Below are positions 55,832 through 64,000 of a DNA stretch of 64,000 nucleotides, piece after piece. How positions within the stretch are numbered: position 1 is the first letter of the stretch; every line of letters starts with the position of its first letter. The DNA is from Geosiphon pyriformis uo1 (Eukaryota > Fungi > Glomeromycota). Position numbers and translations under genes: made by a program. The stretch is from assembly GCA_016748015.1 (NCBI GenBank), contig JAAOMT010000076.1, forward strand, positions 248,001-312,000, read 5' to 3'. Under the pieces are notes generated by a model, which did no database searches, had not been told where the DNA came from, and saw nothing but the letters and a program-made list of their open reading frames with translations.

Positions 55832-56527
55832 ATGCCAAATTCAATTATCTTTAACTCAACATTGTTTCCTCATAGACGTGGTCCTTGGACTCATTGCGTA
55901 AATAGTTCAATTCTTTGTTGCCCACAGATCATTTATCTCGATGTTTTAAGAGGAAATTCATTCTATCACTTTCTTTCCCTAGGAAGATAGAGATCTTAGG
56001 AGGTTCTATCTTCAGTTGGGACCATTGTGGTCTGAGATTGCTCGTAGAATACCCTGGAGAACACCAAAGCAGATAAGAGAGAGGTGGTTATTTAAAAAAC
56101 CTTTAATATTCTTGTAATATACAACTGCTCTGAAATAGCATAAAAATTTTTCCCTTATATTTAAAATGATTTAAAGATGGGTAAATCATTTAGATCCATT
56201 GAGTAAGTTTTATTTTATTTTAAGACTTTTGAATAAAAAAATTCTGTGCATTTTGAAGAATGAAATACTAAAATCATTAGCTGAAATTCTCCACTTTTAT
56301 TTTGTTCTATGAAAACAGTCAATAAAAACCCATTTACCGAGGTAGAAAGAACAAGAATTAATTCCAAATTCCTGTTAGTCGGACCACAATGGTCTCGTAT
56401 CGCTCAGGAAATTTCCTCACCAGCTTCCAAACGTACTCCGCTTATGGTTAGGAATTATTGGATAGCAAACGAAAAAAGGATCAATCGCGTTCGTTTACAC
56501 ATGGCTGTTCCTAGTATTCTAAATTAA
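55832..56527 (+). CDS. Minimal two-repeat (R2R3-type) Myb protein, 133 aa; exons 55832-55897, 55983-56083, 56177-56202, 56319-56527
   Basis: Spliced product RRGPWTHC|EDRDLRRFYLQLGPLWSEIARRIPWRTPKQIRER|WVNHLDPL|INKNPFTEVER..GPQWSRIA..RTPLMVRNYW..MAVPSILN; canonical Myb Trp spacing; GT-AG introns; 402 nt. Confidence 0.9.
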
Positions 56528-57091
56528 AATTAATGATGATCTGGAGTTTACCAATAACATAGACTTTTATCTTTATTATAGAAGCTGTTCCAATTACTGA
56601 TCTGGAGTTTACCATTAACATAGACTTTTATCTTTTATCACACAAGCTATTCCTGAACTTAATTTTATATATGCTAAGATTTTAGATTCAAATGATTTTA
56701 TTCAAAAAACTTTCTTTTTTAAAAATTTTATTTGGTAGTTTATAACCTAATAGAAGCTGGCTGCTGCATTAATAAATTCCAAATTTCATCCTCTTAAAAT
56801 AATCATCTTTAATTTCAGCTTGATCGTTTTTTTAAAATATTATGAGAGAAACAATAAATTTTTTCATCACTTTGGGTTATAGCATTTTTTATGTATAATT
56901 TAAATGAAAGCTTTCAAAAAATTCTCAATTTATTATTATAGTTGCTGCGCATTTGCAGAATACTAATTATTCTTATAAGCATGGAAAAATGCCTTTCGCA
57001 TTACATTTTTAGTCAAAGAAATCAACGGTATTAATTAAGATCATATTTGAATATTATATATAATGTATATGTATAAGGTCGACATACATCC

Positions 57092-58657
57092 TGCATGCTT
57101 TTTTCTGAGGTTTTGACATTTTCAGTATTTGGAAAAGTGTGAATATTTTTATTTGACCTATGTCAAAAGACTCGAAAAGATTTTCAACTCGGTTGAATAA
57201 GTTTTTTGAGTGTAAAAGTGTCGAGTTTGTCTACTAAGGATGTTAAATAAAGATTGAATAATTTTTTAAAAGCAAAATTGAGATATCCGACTGAGAAATG
57301 CAAAAAACACCAAAATGTCAATCAATGATTCCTTTCGAAAGATTATCATGTTTAGAGAAATTTTCTCAAAGTTTTTGGGAATTTAAAAGGCTCTAAATAT
57401 GAAAGGCAATTCTAATATAGTTTTATATTAAAATATTTAGCCCCCGTTATAGCTATTCAACAATAATCGTACTGAAATTGAAATAAGCACCTTTGAAAAC
57501 CTCGCTATATTCGAAAATTTCTCAAGAAAATCTTAGCTTGTTTCCGGGAATTAGAATGGTGTGAAGAGAAATAAAAGTTTAGATGTTTAAATGCAATATT
57601 TTCGAATTCTGGAGTTTCTCAAAACCAAAGAATTTCGATATTTTTAACTAGTTGGACGCTAAAAAATTTAAAAATTATTAGTGTACAAGCGTTCAAGAGT
57701 ACATTAGTAAAACTTTTTAATAGTTCAATTCCTGGAATCTCGTTCATAACAGTTCAATTAAAAAAAAGTGCAAATAATTCTCATAGCAATTGGGTAAAAT
57801 CTAGTTGCTCTTTTAAAAACCGACCACCATTCGTTGGAACATTTATCTTAGACGTTTCTATTAGATTATTAAGTTTTTCTTGGGCTTCTTGAATTCGGAG
57901 TTGTATCTCGTTGATTATTTCTTCGGGCACTTCTTCTTCTTCTTCTTCGTATTTAAAAGGATAACGTTCATTTATGTAAGGAGTTAATCGCTGAAAGGTT
58001 GATTTAGATATTTGATTTTTACGAGCCGCAAATGTTTGCTGATGAGTACCGGAATCAATTAACGATGCATTTCGTCTTTGAATCGAGAAAAATTTTCGAT
58101 GGATTAAAATAGAACCATTGTGATTAGGGAACTTAAATATATTTGTTTTCGAAATCAAAGAAATTAGTAGCTTAAACTTATTGTTTGAAGGGAAAATCTT
58201 TTTTATCTATTTTTCATCACCCAAATAAATTTTTTTTTGTATGCCAAAAACGAGTTATTACTCATATTTCGACTAAATTTTTATCGTATGCAAATGGCGC
58301 TTGCATAACTTCATAAATGTTGTACAACCGGGCAATTTTCCGTTTTCCGAGACAACGATTTTTTCATTGTTCTAATTTTATTTCCTGATTTGATTCCACA
58401 AAGGATGATATCCTGCATTATTGAAGATTAAACACGTTAACTTGGAAAAAATAGGATGTCATTTTTGCGCAGTGTTATAATATTATGTTTCTATAGATTT
58501 TGAAAAGGCCAAATTCTGTGATGCTGAAAAACTTTAAATGTAAACTTATGGGAAAGTTTCTTAAAACTTAATCTTAAGAAGGAAAAATATTAAAAGATTC
58601 TTTATCTTAAAGGGAATGAGAAATTTCGAAATTTCGAAATTTGCCTAGATTGAAATG
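57092..58657 (-). repeat. Diverged inverted duplicate of ~43522-45378 (member C and flanks), with an internal deletion
   Basis: Reverse-complement similarity is readable throughout, e.g. 58500-58570 vs 43600-43665 and 57100-57240 vs 45230-45370. Confidence 0.9.
57781..58118 (-). pseudogene. Family member H: pseudogenised copy of member C
   Basis: The homologous ATG (58118) is followed by GTT CTA TTT TAA (stop) and a 1-nt frameshift. The body is near-identical to C but has E6 instead of E19, and the C-terminal TTDDLL motif is removed by a deletion. Confidence 0.8.
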
Positions 58658-58709
58658 AATCTAAAATCTTAACATATATAAAATTAAGATCAGGAATAAC
58701 AGATCATCA

Positions 58710-59410
58710 TTAATTGAGAATTTTTGAAACAGCCATGTATAACCGAACGTGCTCGATCCTTCTTTCGTTTCTTATCCAATAATTCCTAACCATAAGCGGC
58801 GTACGTTTGGAAGCTGATGAGGAAATTTCCTGAGCGATACGAGACCATTGGGGTCCGACTAACAAAAACCTGTAATTAATCCTTGTCCTTTCTACTTCAG
58901 TGAATGGGTTTTTATTGACTGTTTCCATAGACAAAATAAAAGTGGAGAATTTCCGCTAATAATTTTAGTATTTCATTCTTCAAAATGCACAGAAATTTTT
59001 TTTGCAAAAGTCTCAAAATAAAATGAAACTCACTCAGTGGATCTAAATGATTTACCCATCTTTAAACCATTTTAAACATAAGAGAAAAAGTGTTATGCTA
59101 TTTCAGGACAACTGTATAACACAAGAATATTAAAGTTTTTAAATAATCACCTCTCTCTTATTTGCTTTGGCGTTCTCGAGGGTATTCTGAGAGCAATCTC
59201 AGACCAAGATGGTCCCAACTGAAGATAGAGCTTCCTAAGCTCTCTATCTTCCTTGGAAAGAAAGTGATAGAATGATGCAAATTGAATTTCTCTTAGAATA
59301 TCAAGATAAATAATCTGTATGCAACAAAGAATTGAACTATTTACGTAATGAGTCCAAGGACCACGTCTAGGTGGAAGCAATGTTGAGTTAAAGATAATTG
59401 AATTTGGCAT
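58710..59410 (-). CDS. Second minimal R2R3-type Myb protein, 133 aa; exons 59410-59345, 59251-59151, 59059-59034, 58918-58710
   Basis: Exon sizes identical to the 55832 copy (66/101/26/209), intact splice sites and frame; ends MAVSKILN. Confidence 0.9.
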
Positions 59411-61498
59411 CTTAAAAGTTACAGTCTCAAGATGAAGTAATTTGCTTATAAATATTTTCTTTTGGTGTGATTTATCGTGAAGAATTTTATTTTAAATAAA
59501 TTATTGAGCTTTTTATGCGGGATTTGGTTTCAAACCTTTCAAAACTGATTTCCAAGAAAAATTTTAAAATTCCGGGTCCTAAAAATATATATTAACATTT
59601 AGCTAAATTTGGGACTTTTGGTGAAAAGTGATCACCCCGAGAGTAACATCTTGCATGCTTTTGCTATTTTAATTTGGATGCACACGTTTGTTTGTAAAGG
59701 GCGTACATTTGGTTGCAGATTAAATCAGTTTCTTTTGAGTAAATAATTTCGTATTTTTGCATGAATCAGTGGTACAATGATCCATATCAAAGATTCACAA
59801 TTAATGATGATCTGGAGTTTCACAAGTTATTCCTGATTTTAATTTTATTTTTAGACTTAAGATTTAAATAATTCTACTCAAAAACTTTCGTTCTTAAAAT
59901 TTTTATTAGATAGTTTATAACCTAATAGAGGCTGGCTGCGACATTAATGAAATTCCAATTTCATCCTGCTAAAATTTCCATCTTTAATTTCAGCTTAATC
60001 GTTTTTTAAACAATGCTACTTAATTTCTACAAATTGTAAGACAAGAAGTGCAATGATTTTATAATTCAAAAGATGAAATTTTAACTATTAAAAGGGATAT
60101 TTGCTTGCATATAACAGATTATAAAGTTTATAATATCGCTTCTTTTGGCTCTGAACACCGACGCCCAAATCATTGAAAGCGCAAGATCCTACTCTTTTCA
60201 TTGTAGCACATCAACATTGGATCGTTTTGAGCAACCAAAGTTACCTGGGGACGAAAGAATTTGATGTTCAGTAGTATTGAAATTTTTTTTAAAAAAAAAC
60301 AGTCCTTGAGGAGTTTCTATAATCGGATTTTCACACAATGCCGATGCATTTAATTTTCCACAAAAAATAAACATCCCTACCAAATCCCTTGTATGTATTT
60401 CATTTAAAAACATTACATTACATCCTTGGAAAAAATAATTTCTAATTTAATGATTTCTCTCGCCACAATTTAAATTTTTTACCTTGTGAAACTAAACAAT
60501 GGTAGACCTTCTGATTTCAGATTAAAAAGATTTTTGTTTTTGGAATAAAATTATTTCTTGAATTGGCAATTCCTTTAAAAGAAAATTATTCAAGGTAAAC
60601 TTTGATTTCTATGAAAAAAAAAAAGCTGTTCATATACCTCTACTCTCTTATTTATTCTATTCAATATTCAATAATCTCTAAAGTTATTTTTCATTTAAAA
60701 AATTTGAATATTCTTAATAAACTTGCGGATTTTCATTTCTAAAAAAAAACGCCTATTGAGGTATTTTAATAATAAAAATATTGTCCTTCAAACACGAAAA
60801 ATTTTCAATCTCATATTGGCAAATATCAAGAAAAGATTGTACCGATTTTTTTTATTTTAAATCTCCCTGACAGGTTTCATAGAAATCTATTAGAAAACGG
60901 TTTAATGTAAATATTACGAGTGGATAATAAACCTTTCATCAATTTGGATTTTAGCATTTGTAAAATATTTATTATTCTTATAAGCATAGAAAAACGCCTT
61001 GTACATCACATTTTTATACAGAGAAATCAATTCTAAAAGTAAGACCATATTTGGAAATGAATAAGGATTTCGATTGATATGCATCATGCAGTTTGAAACA
61101 GGGAGATAATATAAAAAGTTTTTTCTTAATTGGAAAATAAAGGATAAGAGAAACAAAATTTTAATAAAGGATAATTTTTTAGAAGTATATTAAATAATCT
61201 TATGTCTTTTGAGATTACAGCATAGAGTTTTGAGAATTTCTTTTTTTAATACTCGCTTATTAATAATTGGGTAAAAAGAATTTCATGATAAAAAAATAAC
61301 TTAATTAATTACACGGTAAAGAGTATCAGTTAAAAAAATCTCCATTAGGAATATAAAATAAGGGTTACTAAGAAAAAATTTATAAACTTGAGAAGTTTAA
61401 TTTAGCCGACTTAGGGCACACATCTTTAAATGAGATTTTTCATTTTTAAGTTTTAAAATTGTTATTCTTTATAAAAGTAAATTAACCAATGATAATTT

Positions 61499-61964
61499 TT
61501 ATAATTTTTGAGATAAATTCAAGAGGTCCGTTATATTCTGTAAAATTATGAAAAGAAAGAAAGGGCAAAAAATTATTAAAAAAGAAAGAATGCAAACTAA
61601 TAATGGTTTCATAAGATAGATTTTTACATACCAAAGTTGAAAAATCCATCATTAATTCATTTTGAGGGCTTGAAGAATTATTCGAGCTATTAATTCTACT
61701 CTTTACCAATTTATTCGATACTAATTCCAAGTTTTCTAATTTTGCTTCAAGAATTTCAATATATTGAGTGTTTTGAACACAGTACTTGCAATCCTGAGAT
61801 TTTTCAGTTATATTAAAGTCACGTCTTGACGGGTACGAAGAACCTTTGATTTTAAAAATATGTCTTTTCCCTGTAGTGTCTATTTCATTTTGATTGGTTG
61901 TTGTATTTTTTAAATTAGATATTGAAGATTTGATACCAGTTTTATAAGAATTTAAAAAGGCCAT
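61499..61964 (-). CDS. Family member I (~123 aa); exons 61964-61632, 61537-61499
   Basis: EIDTTGKRHIFKIKGSSY; CKYCVQNTQYIEILEAKL; DFSTL|NITDLL across a GTATGT..ACAG phase-0 intron. Confidence 0.87.
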
Positions 61965-63415
61965 TTTATTTTTATTAAATGGGTAGTTACGGTGGATGAA
62001 TTTATAGAATATTTAATTCTTTGTTTACCAAATTTATTATTTGAAGGAGGTTTCATCGTATATTTATTTTGAAACCAAAATTGGAAACAGTTTTTTTAAT
62101 CTAAATGAGAATTCATTGTTCCATACTAAAGTATTATGATGTTATTTTTCAAGAAATCAAAATAAAACTTATTATTTTGAAGTTTGTAATTGTCTTCTTT
62201 AAATAGATTCCAAATTTCTTTGTGTTTATACTGTTGAAAATTAAAAAATTTCTATTTGTAATGTATGTTTTATTAAATGCTGTCATATTAATTAATTAAT
62301 TAACTGTTGTTGTTTTTTTACTTTTGCTTTTTAGTGTTTCTATATGTGTATGTTTCATTCATGTCATGTTACAATAATCAGGTCTTGTTACATTAAGCAT
62401 TCAAACAAATTAATATATTTGCTAAATTTAAGTGAAACCATCTTATTTTTTAAGAATTTTTTGAATAAATAAAACCGTATTACCAATTATATTGTTTTAT
62501 TTTTATAAAATTTCAAAATGTAAATTATCTTATAATATATATTTATAAGATCCTATAAAGATTCTCAAATTTTACGAGATAACCAATACTTCTTTACAAA
62601 ATCTCATTTATGATACAATACCAGTGTAACTGTTAATTGTAATTGAAAATATTGGCAATGAACTTTATAAACTGCTTTGCTTTATTAACCTCTTTTTTTT
62701 CCCAATATTAGACCATCTTTTCATAATAATTGACATAAAGAATTATAGTATAAATTTATGAGTAAATTATCAGTGAGAAGTCCGGTTAGTGAATACAAAT
62801 TTAATGGGTCCGAGGTGCGAAGTAATGTCATATCATTACAATTATTTTCTAAAAATATATTGCATACGCGTTGTTATTTTGACCTTTTAAAGCTTAACTT
62901 CTAAAGCGTAGGACTATTTTGAACTGCTGCAAATCTTCTATATTGCGTAGTTTTGCTCTAAACCTAAGTTTTATCAAATTTAAACTTAAACAAACAAAGT
63001 CAAAGTGACAGAAAATATTTTCCAACATACTTACATGTAAAACTTATTGACTGAAGTTTTCTTATTTATTTATTCCTTTATTCATTTTAACAGGTACATA
63101 AGATATTATTAATAATTTCCGGGAGAATTCTCTCAAAGGTTTATTTATAATTACTTTTCGAGACTCCTGGTCTCATGCTTTCTCCCCCAATAAAATAAAA
63201 ACATCATCATTAAAATCCAATTTGGATTTTCAATTTTAATCAGGAATAAATTATTTGCTATTTACATTAATATTGGCAACAATACAAAATTTAAAATGTT
63301 AAATATTGAAAAAATAACAATGTAATAGGTACTTACTGCTCATGCTTGCATCTCAAAACGAACTTAAATAATTTAAAAAAATCCGTTTTTTCAATTTGCA
63401 TTTGAATTTGAGTTG

Positions 63416-63465
<50 letters not shown>

Positions 63466-64000
63466 CAAAACTTTGGTCATTTTTCACCTCAATTTTTTCG
63501 TCAAGATTGCTGAATCTATTGCATGCTGGTCATTCTTCACTTTCTGTTTCTGGTGGGTCGATCACAGAAACGCCAGTATGTGGATTGAACAATCAATTGG
63601 TTCATATTGTGTAAAAATTTATTGTTAATACGTTTTTTTATTATGTTCAAGTCAAACCTGAATATTGTATTGTTTTCATATTTACTTTTTCAAGACATAA
63701 ATAATATATATACATTCATCTTTTTTTCTGTTGAGCAATACGAGTTCAACGTTTTTAGTTTGTAACATCATTGAAACGTTCAATCAAATGACGAGCATTC
63801 CGAGCTTATTATCTATTCTCAGGCTTATTTCTTTTTAGCGAGAATGAAATTTTAGTCTTTCCAAAAAATTTGTCGATAGTTCACCTAAAAACTTGAAAAT
63901 TATCTTGTGCCTAATTTTAAAATTTTATATAAATATCAAACGCATTAATATAAAAAATACTTTTATATCCAAAATGAAAGGATCTCATTTTATTAAGTTA

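Noticed and set aside
60130-60420. Moderately GC-rich coding-like patch (71-aa ORF) within the cluster
   Set aside because: Lacks the family and Myb motifs and appears frameshifted; unassignable.
41449-61964. Interpretation as the mating-type locus, or as MADS K-box or LIN52 homologues
   Set aside because: No intact HD1/HD2 or HMG gene is present. Resemblance to K-box or LIN52 is limited to a generic S/T-x-x-E/D-L helix cap; profile-profile evidence would be needed.

Overview
AT-rich, intron-containing eukaryotic DNA, very probably fungal. The TKL-type kinase relic, DUF4419 gene and RNase-H-bearing LINE relics suggest an early-diverging fungus such as a Glomeromycotina species; this is inference, as no search was run. 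In 1-41 kb, ordinary genes alternate with transposon graveyards. The genes are a membrane RING-CH E3 ligase with a GC-AG first intron, an AMID/FSP1-like flavoprotein, two tandem WW-domain genes whose WW domain is spread over 36/28/32-nt micro-exons, and a DUF4419 gene cut by an assembly gap. The graveyards hold LINE, Tc1 and pogo relics eroded by pervasive C>T/G>A change, a kinase pseudogene and one intact hAT MITE. The main result lies at 41.4-62 kb: an array of eight apparently intact genes plus one pseudogene of a small (108-167 aa) protein family I cannot assign to any known domain. Members share D-x-[TS]-G-x2-[HY]-[IVM]-[FW]-x-[IVL]-x-G-x2-Y, then C-x2-C-x5-[YF]-x3-[LM]-[EQ] running into a coiled coil, then [FLIY]-[SN]-x-[MLI]-[STN]-x2-[DEN]-L-L. 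Five of them carry a phase-0 intron at the identical codon. Interleaved are two intact, convergently oriented minimal R2R3-Myb genes (133 aa) and possible homeobox and Myb relics, and the locus has been reshaped by a patchwork of inverted duplications. It looks like a lineage-specific, birth-and-death cluster of small nuclear regulators. All gene models and alignments were made by eye.
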